A stretch of 64,000 nt of DNA from an uncultured delta proteobacterium (GTDB taxonomy: Bacteria; Desulfobacterota; WTBG01; CAIYCZ01; CAIRTM01): positions 32,001 through 96,000 of the forward strand of contig CAWDSQ010000005.1 of assembly GCA_963804955.1 (NCBI GenBank), in the 5' to 3' direction. The notes under the pieces are model-generated. The model was not told where the DNA came from. It worked only from the letters and a program-made list of their open reading frames with translations, and made no database searches. A program made the translations under genes and the position numbers. Positions within the stretch are counted from its first letter, which is position 1. Every line of letters begins with the position of its first letter. This document shows, piece after piece, positions 19,809-29,458 of this stretch.

Positions 19809-20894
19809 TCACCCCTGGCTTGCCTGCACAATTGCAAGACCGGTATAGGTGGTAAAAAGCGCTTCCAGCATGGCCTTTAGTTCGGGATTGCGCGCGAAGG
19901 CCAGGCCCAGCATGCCGAGGGCTTCATTGGCTGCGCCGCGGGCCGCAGGCATTGTGATGGCGCCGGCAAGGGGCCCCCCCGTCAGCTCATCAAACGCAGC
20001 GGTGATGAGATCGGCTGCTTCCGGATTTCTCGCAATGGCTTCCAGCATCACACCCGCTGCCCGCATATACTCTGCCATGGCTGCGCCTGAGCGCTGGTCG
20101 GCAGCGCGTGCAGGTCCGCAAAACTGGCGCGCTGCGGCAACGAGCACCTGGGCAGCTTCGGGCTGCCTGGCAATGGGATCGCACAGGGCGCCAATGGCGG
20201 CAAACCTGGCGGCCCGCACAGCGGTGCTGTCCTTTGTGCTGTTGTCGTAAGCCCCCAGATAGGTAATGCCCAGTGCTGACAGCTGGCCGGCAAACTCCGG
20301 CTGCCGGGCAATGGATTCAAACAGAAGGCTTATGGCCCCCATGCGGGCAACCTTGCCCTGAGAGGCAGGGGGAGCAAGCTCGTCTATCGTGCCGCAGAAT
20401 AAAGCGGCAAGGCTGCTGAGCTCTGCAGCCGCTTCGGGCTGCCGGGCTGCGGCGTCAAACAGGGCTGCAATCGCCGCCATGCGCGCTGCCTGGCCCTGCG
20501 GGGTCAGATGCAGATAGGCTTTGGCTGTGCCGCTCGTTCCGAGCAGCAGCTGCGACATCCGGCCGGCTGCCTCGGGCTGGCGCGCCACATTTGCAAACAG
20601 GGCGGCGCAGGCCTCAAAGTGCGCAACCTGCACGCCTTCGTCGCGCGCCGCCAGTTTGCTTGTAAATTCGCCCAGCGTCGCCTGATATGATGCCAGGGTG
20701 GCATTGTCAAACACTTCCGGGTTGCGGGCAATGGCTTCCAGCAAGGGCGCCATGGCGGCTGAGCGGCCGCGCTGGGCAAGAACTTCGGCGTACAGGCCCC
20801 CGGCGGCATACGCAGCGCCATCACCAAAACCGGTCCAGCTCAACACCTGCAGCATCAGTAATAAGACAGCGCCCATTTGTATAGTTTTTTGCAT
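19809..20894 (-). CDS. Secreted Ala-rich protein with seven AR(Q/N)PE helical repeats
   Basis: N-terminal signal peptide; IARNPE, VARQPE, AARQPE, IARQPE, IARQPE, IARNPE, FARNPE spaced roughly 45-50 aa apart; GGAGG RBS. Confidence 0.7.
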   Translation of the reverse strand: MQKTIQMGAVLLLMLQVLSWTGFGDGAAYAAGGLYAEVLAQRGRSAAMAPLLEAIARNPEVFDNATLASYQATLGEFTSKLAARDEGVQVAHFEACAALFANVARQPEAAGRMSQLLLGTSGTAKAYLHLTPQGQAARMAAIAALFDAAARQPEAAAELSSLAALFCGTIDELAPPASQGKVARMGAISLLFESIARQPEFAGQLSALGITYLGAYDNSTKDSTAVRAARFAAIGALCDPIARQPEAAQVLVAAARQFCGPARAADQRSGAAMAEYMRAAGVMLEAIARNPEAADLITAAFDELTGGPLAGAITMPAARGAANEALGMLGLAFARNPELKAMLEALFTTYTGLAIVQASQG

Positions 20895-21061
20895 GCAGAT
20901 CCTCCGTGTACACAGGGTTAATAAAAAATTATTTCAGTTGAGTGTAGTCACTATAAGGCAAGGGCAATCGTGTGTCAAACCGATTGCCTGCGGATAACTT
21001 CACCTATACCTTCAGCCTATGAGCCTTCCCTCTCCCCATGCCTGCGGTGAGCCCATCTTAA

Positions 21062-21220
21062 CTTCTGAATTCTGACTCCTGGCTTCTGACTTCTGTTTTT
21101 CCGTTCGCCTTCTGTCCTTTCCGCAGTTTTGAATCTTGAATCCGGAATTTTGAATCTTTTTACTCCTCACTCCGAACTCCCAACACCGAACTTCATATCT
21201 CTGCCCCCCGCCCCCCGCCC
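21062..21220. repeat. Degenerate heptamer tandem tracts
   Basis: TTCTGAA/TTCTGAC/TCCTGGC, TTTTGAA/TCTTGAA and CTCCGAA/CTCCCAA 7-mer runs. Confidence 0.7.
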
Positions 21221-21230
21221 CTTAACCAAT

Positions 21231-21478
21231 GCTAAGCTTTTTTAATAAAATAAAAAATACCATTGAATAAAACACAAATTAATGGTTTGATATTCAAACA
21301 TTTTGAACTTACCAAGGTTGCCTCTTGAAAAGTACGTTTATCATCTCCACCGATGCTGCAAATAAATTTCCACTGACACCTGAACCCCGAACCCTGGCCC
21401 CTAAAAAAAGCGTTGCGCATATAATTTGCGTGCTGGCGTACTTAAGAAAAACAGGCAGGGGAAAACGAAACAGGCAAG
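21231..21478 (+). repeat. ~248-bp non-coding dispersed repeat, copy 1
   Basis: Aligns end to end with 28710-28956 (about 85% identity by eye). Confidence 0.9.
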
Positions 21479-21503
21479 TCCCTGATTATCTAAAAGGCCA
21501 TGT

Positions 21504-21899
21504 ATGACAACACAAGACACCCATTCCAAAACCATAGGGTATCTGCTCTGGATTTTCGGCTTTCTCGGCTCCCATCGTTTTTATTACGGCAGGCCGGTCA
21601 CCGGCACCATCTGGTTTTTTACCCTGGGCCTGCTCTTTATCGGCTGGATCATCGACCTATTCCTGATTCCGGGCATGGACCGGGAGGCGGACAGAAGATA
21701 CCGGGCAGGGCGAATTGATTATACCGTGAGCTGGATTCTGCTGACCTTCCTGGGAGTTTTCGGCATTCACCGCTTTTACATGGGCAAATGGGTCACGGGG
21801 CTGATCTATCTTTTCACCGGCGGCCTTTTTCTGGTGGGGTATTTGTATGATTACTGGACACTGAACGACCAGATCGACGAGATCAACTGCCGTCCGTAG
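21504..21899 (+). CDS. TM2 (NINE) domain membrane protein, two TM2 repeats
   Basis: GFLGSHRFYYG...GWIIDLFLIP and LGVFGIHRFYMGKW. Confidence 0.88.
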   Translation: MTTQDTHSKTIGYLLWIFGFLGSHRFYYGRPVTGTIWFFTLGLLFIGWIIDLFLIPGMDREADRRYRAGRIDYTVSWILLTFLGVFGIHRFYMGKWVTGLIYLFTGGLFLVGYLYDYWTLNDQIDEINCRP

Positions 21900-21903
21900 T
21901 TTT

Positions 21904-21924
21904 GCAGGGTGGGCTATGCCCACC
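21904..21924 (+). repeat. GCAG-type REP-like palindrome
   Basis: GCAG-GGTGGGC-TAT-GCCCACC immediately after the stop codon. Confidence 0.55.
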
Positions 21925-22021
21925 GACTAAAATGGTGGGGATACTTGAATTAATTCCCGAATAAAAATGGGATGGTGAATTTAACAGGTGACTGTCCCCA
22001 ATTATTTGAAAGGATGAACCC

Positions 22022-22624
22022 ATGATGATCAATGATCTCAGCATTTATTTTGCCAATCCTACCTTTATCGCGCTCATACTGCTGTCACTGTATTCGGTAA
22101 CCGTGATGATCAACCAGGCCTATTACCTGTTTTCAAACAGGGAAGAGATGCCCGAGCTGTTGCGGCTGCTTGAGGCCGGACGGGACGGGTACAAGGACCT
22201 TGCACCTTTCATGAGCGCAAAGGATACGCCCCACCGCAGACTGCTCAGGGCCGGGTACAGGCATATAGCGCAGCCCGTGGAAGCCCTGAGCGCCCTTCTT
22301 GCCGAGGAGACAAAGGGGCTGCGCTGGGAGGCGGAGCACCGGCTCGCAGCGCTCGGGACGATTGCAAACATCGCACCCTTCATCGGGCTGTTCGGCACGG
22401 TGATCGGGGTTATCCGCGCATTTGAGGCTATAGCGGTGAAGGCAAGCGCGGGCCCCTCGGTTGTGGCGGGCGGGATTGCCGAGGCGCTCATCTCGACCGC
22501 CGCGGGGCTGTTTGTGGCGGTGCCTGCGGTTATCGCCTACAACTACTTCCTGAAGCGCTCCCGCAGGCTCGGCCTTGAGCTTGAGCGCATCTCAACCATG
22601 ATAGCCCTTCAGGGAGGCAAATGA
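22022..22624 (+). CDS. MotA/TolQ/ExbB proton channel protein
   Basis: IANIAPFIGLFGTVIGVIRAF and GGIAEALISTAAGLFVAVPAVIAYNYF. Confidence 0.92.
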   Translation: MMINDLSIYFANPTFIALILLSLYSVTVMINQAYYLFSNREEMPELLRLLEAGRDGYKDLAPFMSAKDTPHRRLLRAGYRHIAQPVEALSALLAEETKGLRWEAEHRLAALGTIANIAPFIGLFGTVIGVIRAFEAIAVKASAGPSVVAGGIAEALISTAAGLFVAVPAVIAYNYFLKRSRRLGLELERISTMIALQGGK

Positions 22625-23079
22625 CCATGCATATAAAAACCACCACAGACACGCCGTTTTTAAGCGAGATCAACATGGTCCCCTTCATTGACGTGGCGCT
22701 GGTGCTGCTGATCATCTTCATGATCATTACCCCCGTCATGGTGATGAATTCCATCCAGGTGCAGCTCCCGCAGTCATCGTCGGTAAATCAGGTGCCGACA
22801 AAAAATATTATTATTACCGTAAAGACCGACGGAACCGTGTTTCTCAACAACGAGCAGGTCACCACGGGGCTGCTCGCCGACAAAATAACGCTGCTCATGG
22901 AGCAGCATCCCGAGTGCGCCGTGATTTATGCCGACCGGCAGGTTGCCGTCTCCCTGCTGGTGGATGTGATTGACCAGATTGAGGCAGGCGGCATGCACAG
23001 CATCAGCCTGACAACCGAGCGCAGGCAGCCGGCGCGGCCGGCAGCCCCGCGCGATCCCCGCGGCGCCAACAACTCATAA
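22621..23079 (+). CDS. ExbD/TolR family protein
   Basis: EINMVPFIDVALVLLIIFMI with the conserved TM Asp; ATGA overlap with the upstream gene. Confidence 0.92.
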   Translation: MTMHIKTTTDTPFLSEINMVPFIDVALVLLIIFMIITPVMVMNSIQVQLPQSSSVNQVPTKNIIITVKTDGTVFLNNEQVTTGLLADKITLLMEQHPECAVIYADRQVAVSLLVDVIDQIEAGGMHSISLTTERRQPARPAAPRDPRGANNS

Positions 23080-23092
23080 GGGAACTGCTATC

Positions 23093-24226
23093 ATGCTTTC
23101 CGGCACAACAACGGGCCAAAGCGGCAGGCCGCTGCGATCGCTTGCGCTGTCCTGCTGCATTCACGCCGTGCTTCTGCTGGCGCTGTGCAATCCAAACTGG
23201 GCCTTCCTGCGCAGTCACGGCGAGAAAGAGCCTCCGACCATATCCGTAATCGCCAAAAAGCAGAGCGAGCCCCTTTTCCAGCCTGCCGCTCCCCCGCAGG
23301 CGCTTGATGAGTTCCGGGTCAAGGGCACGGATGCTTTTGACGAGCTGAAGGCGGAAAAAAAGCAGGATGACCCGCTGCCGAAACTTGAAACATATGCCGC
23401 GGTTCCTGATGTGAAATTTACCCCGGATATACAGGTGCGCGAGGACGCTAACCTTGCCGGCGCTCCGACCCTTGACCGCACGCTGCTTGCGGCCCCAAAG
23501 GCCGGGGCGGACAGCATCGGCGCGCAGGGGCTGCCGTTCTACGGGGCGGGCGAAAAATTTTCAGGGTCATTCGCGCGCGATATTCAGGGCGTGCGGAAAA
23601 TGGGCCTTGATGTCGTCTTTATTTTTGACGCGACAAGCAGCATGGCTGAATTCCTGCGGCAGGTGAAGATAAAAATAGCAAACCTGGTGATGTCGTTCAA
23701 GACCCTTGTGCCCACAACGCGCATCGGCCTCGTGGCGTACCGCGACCGCGGCGATGACTTTGTGACAAAAGCATATCCGCTCACCCACAAGACCCAGCAG
23801 CTGCAGCAGTTTCTGCAGGGCATTGACCCGGTGGGCGGCAGCGACCGGGAGGAAGCCATGGACGAGGGGCTTCGCGTCGCCATCAACGAGTTTAACTGGG
23901 ACAAGAATTCAAAGAAGATAATCCTGATTATCGGCGATGCCCCCCCGCACCGGGAGGATATGAAGAAAACGTTCGACATGATCGCGAAGTTCAGAACTCA
24001 AATGGGCGGGATGGTGGCGGCCCTTGACACAAGCGTTCAAAGCAATCTGCAATCCGCATCAGGGGCAAGCCGGTCGGTCCTGCCGGAGTTCAGGCAGCTT
24101 GCCGAAGCCGGAGGCGGGGAGAGCGCGCGCATGGTTGATGAAGAAAAGGTGATCAAGCAGATGGTCGTGCTTGTATTCGGCACAAAATGGGAATCCTATC
24201 TTGATGAATTTCTGAAAAATTTATAG
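23093..24226 (+). CDS. Membrane-anchored vWA domain protein with a TonB-like N-terminal anchor
   Basis: SCCIHAVLLL TM segment (SxxxH), Pro/Ala/acidic linker, MIDAS-like DVVFIFDATSSM, GLVAYRD, LIIGDAPPH. Confidence 0.8.
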   Translation: MLSGTTTGQSGRPLRSLALSCCIHAVLLLALCNPNWAFLRSHGEKEPPTISVIAKKQSEPLFQPAAPPQALDEFRVKGTDAFDELKAEKKQDDPLPKLETYAAVPDVKFTPDIQVREDANLAGAPTLDRTLLAAPKAGADSIGAQGLPFYGAGEKFSGSFARDIQGVRKMGLDVVFIFDATSSMAEFLRQVKIKIANLVMSFKTLVPTTRIGLVAYRDRGDDFVTKAYPLTHKTQQLQQFLQGIDPVGGSDREEAMDEGLRVAINEFNWDKNSKKIILIIGDAPPHREDMKKTFDMIAKFRTQMGGMVAALDTSVQSNLQSASGASRSVLPEFRQLAEAGGGESARMVDEEKVIKQMVVLVFGTKWESYLDEFLKNL

Positions 24227-24244
24227 CAGCGGGGAAAGCTTAGC

Positions 24245-26774
24245 ATGAACAGTCCTGCGGCAGCTATCATACGGGCTTTAGCCGTAAGTTGCATGCTGGT
24301 GATCTGCCAGGGTGCATGGTCACCGGCGCTCCCGGGTGATGCGGGCAGCCTGAACATCGGGCGGCTGGGCTCACTTTCCGAAATAAAAAACGCCGTGAGC
24401 GTGCTGGAGTCAGGCTTCGCCGGGGTGAAAGCCCGGAACCAGCTGTCTTTTGACCTGCAGAAGCAGCTTGCACTAAAGTCGGGAGACTGCATCTCGCGGC
24501 TTGTGGAGCTGAGCCAGACGGCTGATATGACGCAGCCTGCGCACAAGGAGGGCTTTGCGGAGGCCTTTCTGAAAAACGGGGAGCTGCTGCGCGGCATGGT
24601 CAGCTACAACCAGGCGCGCATTGACACGGTGCTCGAGGAGCGGCCCGGCAGCGCGGAAGACAAAAGCGCCTTGTTCGCCTCTCCGGAATGGCGGCAGTCC
24701 CAGTATCTGATATCCCTTGCAAGCTACTGGCTGGGGTGGAACGGCTATTATGGCGGGCTTCTGTACCCTCAGTATTCACCCCCCCGCACTGACCGGCTGG
24801 AAGAGGCGATGTCCGGATTTTCGCGCGCCATGATGGATTTCGGGGAGCAGTCTGTTGTCAACCGGAGCCTGTTCGGCCGCGCGCTTTGCCTCAAGGAGCT
24901 GGGCCGACCCGAGAAGGCGCAGCAGGAGCTGCAGTCGCTGATGGCAAAGCTGTCGCGCGATGACGGCCTCTACAGCCAGGCAGGCTATGAGCGGGCCCTG
25001 ATCAGCTATCAGTCAGGGAAAAAAGAGCTCGCGGCAAAGCAGCTCCGGGAGCTGCAGGAAGGTGCCCGGCCCGGGGCCGCAGGGCAGGCGGTCAGGGAAA
25101 AAATTAAAAACCTGCAGACAACCATTGCCCTTGGCATAGCAGAAAAAAATACGGCTGCCCAGGCCGGCGGGGGCAAAGCGTCAGTGCTGGGACACGGTGC
25201 GGGAGCTTAAAAAAATCGCCGAGGCTGATCCGGCGCAGGCGGCGATACTGTACCGCTACGCGTTTGAGCATGCCCCCGAGCTTGGCGATATGGCGGATGC
25301 AGAGCTCGGCGGCATGGGAGCGATGGGCCGTGCCGACTGGCATTTCGATAAAAAGCAGTACGCCCGGGCAGCCGAGCAGTACCGGCGCCTGTACAGAGCG
25401 CCGGACGCAATCGGCAAAAGCCATTTTGATGATGTCTGCTTTCGGCTGGCGTATTGCCTGTCGCAGCAGGGGGAGTGGCAGGAAGCTCTGGCCTGTCTCG
25501 AGGCCCTGTTTGCAAAAAGCCCCACATCATCCTTCGGCGGCAAAGCAGCCTGCCTGTATTACGCGGTTGCGGCCCGCCTGTACAAGGCAAGCCCCGCAGA
25601 GGCAACCTATGGCCGCTACATCAAGGCGGCCGAGTGCTACGTGAATAACTGCCCTGACGGGCAGGATAAAAGCGAAGCGCATTTCCAGCTCGGGCAGTAT
25701 TATCAGCACAAAAACAGGACCGCGGAGGCGCTGCGGGAGTTTTCGCTGGTAAAAAACGATTCCTCCCATTTTGCCGGGGCGCAGAAGGCCGGGCGCGCAT
25801 CAGAGGCAGATTTGCTGCAGGCAAAAAGTGAAAAGCTCAAGGAGCTTGAGCGCCAGGGCAGGGGAACATCAGATGAGGCGCTGCAGCTGTACCGGGAGAC
25901 CGTCAGGCAGGCGGAGAAGTGGTACAAACAGTCGGGAGCAACCTCGGATGCCGCGGGAAGCATCGACAGCGATGCGCGCCTGGCATGCCTGCTGGCGCGG
26001 CTGTATGTGCGCGGGCCTGAGCCGGACTGTAAAAAGGCGCTGCCGCTGCTGCAGGGCTTTGAAAGCAGGTTTCCGGTTACCCGGCAGCGCGAGCTTTTGT
26101 ACGGCATGGTAAAAAAAATGCGGCTTGAATGCCTGCTGCAGCTGCACATGCTTGCCGAGGCAGAGCGCGAGATCGGCGCCATCGCAGGCGGCCTCTCCCT
26201 TGACCGGGAGACCGTGTCGTTTGTGCTTGATCTGGCTGACAAATATTACACGCTGGCAAAGGATGCAGGCAACGCTGCGCAGGCTGCGGAAAATGCGCAG
26301 ACTGCACTTGCCGTTTATAAAAAACTGGGCGCCAGTATTGCGGCAAACGGCGCCTTCAGGGAGCTTGCAGCGCCTGTTGAGCTGCGGCTAGCCGAGCTGT
26401 ACGCCGCGACCGGCCAGCCCGAACCGGCTGAAGCGCTGTACCGCAGGAGGCTTGCGGAGGAACCCGCATCAGCGGAGGCGATATATAAGCTGGGCCTGAT
26501 CTATGAGCAGCAGGACAAGTGGCAGGATGCCTTTGACACGTGGCTGCGGTTTTCTCAGGGCCTGGCGCCGGGAAGCGCGCAATGGTTTGAAGCGCGCTAC
26601 CGCGAGGCGGACGCGCTGTCGCGGCTCGGCAGGCAGGCTGATGCCTGCCAGGTGATAGGGGCAACAAAAACGAAATATCCTGATTTCGGGAATGGCGGCT
26701 ACCGCGAGAAATTTATGAGCCTTGCCGTCAGGATATGCGCCGGAGGGGCAGCAGTGGCGCCGGTGAAACCGTGA
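24245..26774 (+). CDS. Large secreted TPR protein (frameshift near 25190)
   Basis: Signal peptide; TPR-like helices (EAHFQLGQYY, EAIYKLGLIYEQQDKWQDA, EARYREADALSRLG) across two overlapping ORFs. Confidence 0.75.
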
Positions 26775-26787
26775 AAGGAGACCGGGT

Positions 26788-28470
26788 ATGTTCAGCGCAA
26801 CAAGAAAAAAAATATTTTTTGCAGTGCCGGCTGCTATTCTGCTGCTGCAGGGCTGCGGGGTGCTGTTCTTCACGGATGAGGACTTTGCGCGCAACAGACG
26901 TGAAAATGACACGGCTCAGTTTTCGCCATACCAGCACAGCAATACTGTCGAGGCCTACCGGGAGTTCATCGCGAAGTATCCCAAAAACATGTACCTTGAA
27001 ACGGCCTTGGACCAGATAGACAACCTGGAGTTTGCGCCCTATGAAAAGGCCGATACGATCGAGGCCTATACGCAGTTCGTGGCGCGGTATCCCGGCAACC
27101 GGCATGCCGTTACAGCCAGAGGCCGGATCGACCAGGCCACCATAAAGGACTGCGAGCGCCTCGACACCATAGAGGCCTACCGGCAGTTTCTGGAGAAGCA
27201 TTCAGGCAACATCTTTGCGCAGACCGCGCAGGACCGCTTGCAGGACCTCGAGTTTCGCGAGCTTGCGCAGAAACTGCAGCAGCAGTACGGGTTTGATCTG
27301 CTGCTGTACCGGCTGCATGTCAAGCGCCTGCAGCCTGAGCTTCCGAATAGAGCAGGCATCAGCCTTGGGGACTTCACCCTGTTTGCTTCGCTGGTGCCGG
27401 TGCAGGGGAAGCAGTATTTGAAATCGCACCTTATCTACAGCGCGGACCTTGCTGCCTTAGCCCGGGCTCCGGCAGCGCAGCAGGAGCAAATTTTTGACGC
27501 TCTGATTTCACCGCTCATCGGCTGCCTTGCCCGCCAATTCCCCTCACCACGGGGCATAGAGGGGTTCAGCTTTGCCCTTGCCCGGTCCGGCCAGCGGTTT
27601 TACGGCAATGAAAAGACGGCCCTGGAATACGCGTTCCCGGCGCGGGAGGCCCTCCTGTTTGCGCAAAACAAATGCGACCGCTCCCGTCTTTTTGCGCAGG
27701 CTGCAATCAGGCAGACGCTGACAGCGGAGGAAAAACCGCAGGCCGGCCGCGCCGCGGTGAAGATCGAGGGCGGAGCTGTTATGGAAAAATCCGCCGCGCT
27801 CCGGCGGGCAAGCGACTTCACCATGTCCGCGACCTGGAAGCGGGTGAGCACGGACGGCACGGCGCATGAAATGAAGACGGTCGGAAAGTGGAAGGATTTC
27901 AAGGGCTCGGGCGGCTACAGCGCTAAATCCGTTATCAACTATGTGTACAGCCAGAGGAGCCTCTATGCCGAGGCTATTCTGACCGCCACAGATACCGGCG
28001 GCAACCGGCAGTACTGGTACATATTTTCAAAAGGGGATGCGGGCCGGACTCCGGATATCGACAATTACCGCCCCCCGGCGGAGCGGGATTTCCCGCTGGC
28101 TGAGTTTGCAGAAACGCCGGTCGATAAGGAGCGGCATCAGTACGCGGGGGCCGCCCCCTGCGGCAGCGGGCAGTGTTATGTGGTGCACAGCACGCCTGAG
28201 CCCGGAGTAGCGCCCTATGGCAAGAAGACCAGCTTTATCGATCAGCAGACGCTGCTTCCCGTAAAGATCGAGTATTACGACACAAGCGGGGCGCTGTGGA
28301 AGACGGCTCACCTTACCTGGCAGGAAACCGGCGGGGTCTGGTTCTGGCAGCGTGCGGTGATTGAAAATGCGCCAAGCGGAGCCGTGACAACCATCGTGGT
28401 TACGGAGGTTAAGGCAAACACGGGCCTTGCCTACAGCGAGTTCACCCCCGGAGTGCTCATGAGGCATTAG
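26788..28470 (+). CDS. Lipoprotein with three ~37-aa helical repeats and a C-terminal LolA-like (outer-membrane lipoprotein-sorting/DUF1329-like) domain
   Basis: Lipobox LLQGC; T(V/I)EAY--F repeats; YGKKTSFIDQQTLLPVKIEYYDTSGALWKT and FTPGVL end. Confidence 0.7.
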   Translation: MFSATRKKIFFAVPAAILLLQGCGVLFFTDEDFARNRRENDTAQFSPYQHSNTVEAYREFIAKYPKNMYLETALDQIDNLEFAPYEKADTIEAYTQFVARYPGNRHAVTARGRIDQATIKDCERLDTIEAYRQFLEKHSGNIFAQTAQDRLQDLEFRELAQKLQQQYGFDLLLYRLHVKRLQPELPNRAGISLGDFTLFASLVPVQGKQYLKSHLIYSADLAALARAPAAQQEQIFDALISPLIGCLARQFPSPRGIEGFSFALARSGQRFYGNEKTALEYAFPAREALLFAQNKCDRSRLFAQAAIRQTLTAEEKPQAGRAAVKIEGGAVMEKSAALRRASDFTMSATWKRVSTDGTAHEMKTVGKWKDFKGSGGYSAKSVINYVYSQRSLYAEAILTATDTGGNRQYWYIFSKGDAGRTPDIDNYRPPAERDFPLAEFAETPVDKERHQYAGAAPCGSGQCYVVHSTPEPGVAPYGKKTSFIDQQTLLPVKIEYYDTSGALWKTAHLTWQETGGVWFWQRAVIENAPSGAVTTIVVTEVKANTGLAYSEFTPGVLMRH

Positions 28471-28709
28471 GACCCGGCAGAGGCCGCTGCAGGTGCATTA
28501 GACGTATAAAGCAGAACGGGCAAAATCTTCTCGTCATGCCGAATGCCGGCGCCGGCCCCTACTCCAAACTCCCAACCCCTGAGTCAGAATCATCTGATGC
28601 TCCTAACACCGAACTCCGAACTTCATATCCCTGCCCCGCCTGAACTCTTCACCTTATCCTACAGTCTAACAGCCTATAGCCTACAGCCTCTCTAAAATAC
28701 TTAATGGAG

Positions 28710-28956
28710 GCTAAGCTTTTTAGCTAATTATAAAAAATGTATTGTATAAAACACAAAACAATGGTTTGATATTCAAACATTTCGAACTACCCTGGGGGCT
28801 TCGTGAAAAGTAAGTTTATCATCTCCATCGCTGCTGCAAATAAATTACCACTGACACCTGAACCCCGAACCCTGGCCCCTAAAACAAGCGCTGCGCATAT
28901 ATTTGCGTGCTGGCGTACTTAAAGAAAAACAGGCGGGGGAAAACGAAACAGGGAAG
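28710..28956 (+). repeat. ~248-bp non-coding dispersed repeat, copy 2
   Basis: Direct repeat of 21231-21478; a further shared block CCGAACTTCATATC-CTGCCCC lies upstream of both (21186, 28616). Confidence 0.9.
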
Positions 28957-28990
28957 ATAAGTAGTAGGCCTTCACATTTGATTTTGTAGG

Positions 28991-29221
28991 CCCCCTCACC
29001 CCAACCCTCTCCCACCAGAGGCTGTGTCGCAATTGATTTATTAATGTCATTTCGAATCCGCCGCAGGCGGTGAGAAATCTTAAGCCCTTGATTTTACTTA
29101 CTACAAAGATCTCTCCCTTCGGTCGAGATGACAGCAAAGTTAATTGCGACACAGTCTCCCAGGGGAGAGGGAGACAACAATTTTCCCCTCCCTTGATGGG
29201 AGGGGATTAAGGGGAGGGTGA
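28991..29221. repeat. CCCCTCACCC-type palindromic repeat pair, interrupted by a MITE
   Basis: CCCCTCACCCCAACCCTCTCCCA|...|GGGGAGAGGG and the inverted partner CCCCTCCC-TTGAT-GGGAGGGG...GGGAGGGTGA. Confidence 0.65.
29018..29158. mobile_element. 141-bp MITE with 17-bp terminal inverted repeats and 3-bp CCA target duplication
   Basis: GAGGCTGTGTCGCAATT / AATTGCGACACAGTCTC (1 mismatch); CCA at 29015-29017 and 29159-29161. Confidence 0.75.
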
Positions 29222-29309
29222 TCGCAACTGATAAATTCAAATGTGATGATCCAGTAGCCTCGACAGAAATTAAGGGGGTAACTAGGGGACGTTGTTGACT
29301 TTGTTGAAT

Positions 29310-29458
29310 TGTGAGAACATCGGAAAGCCGTGTGCGGGAGAACCGCATGCACGGTTTGATGAGGGAGGGCTGAAGCATCCGCGTCCTTGATTTCGTAGTA
29401 GTCGCGTGCGAAGAAATGACTTCAAGAATGCGAGGTTGCTGTCAGCTCTCTACTCTAC
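29310..29458 (+). mobile_element. Group II intron 3' remnant (domains V and VI), no RT gene
   Basis: AAGCCGTGTGCGGGAGAACCGCATGCACGGTTTG (DV, AGC triad); AGGGCTGA...TCAGCTCTCTACTCTAC (DVI with bulged A, ending AC). Confidence 0.88.

Noticed and set aside
21062..21220. CRISPR array or leader-plus-array
   Set aside because: The repeats are degenerate 7-mers without unique spacers, and no cas genes are present.
21411..21430. Sigma54 promoter inside the 248-bp repeat (GCGCATATAATTTGC)
   Set aside because: The essential -24 GG is absent and the spacing differs between the two copies.
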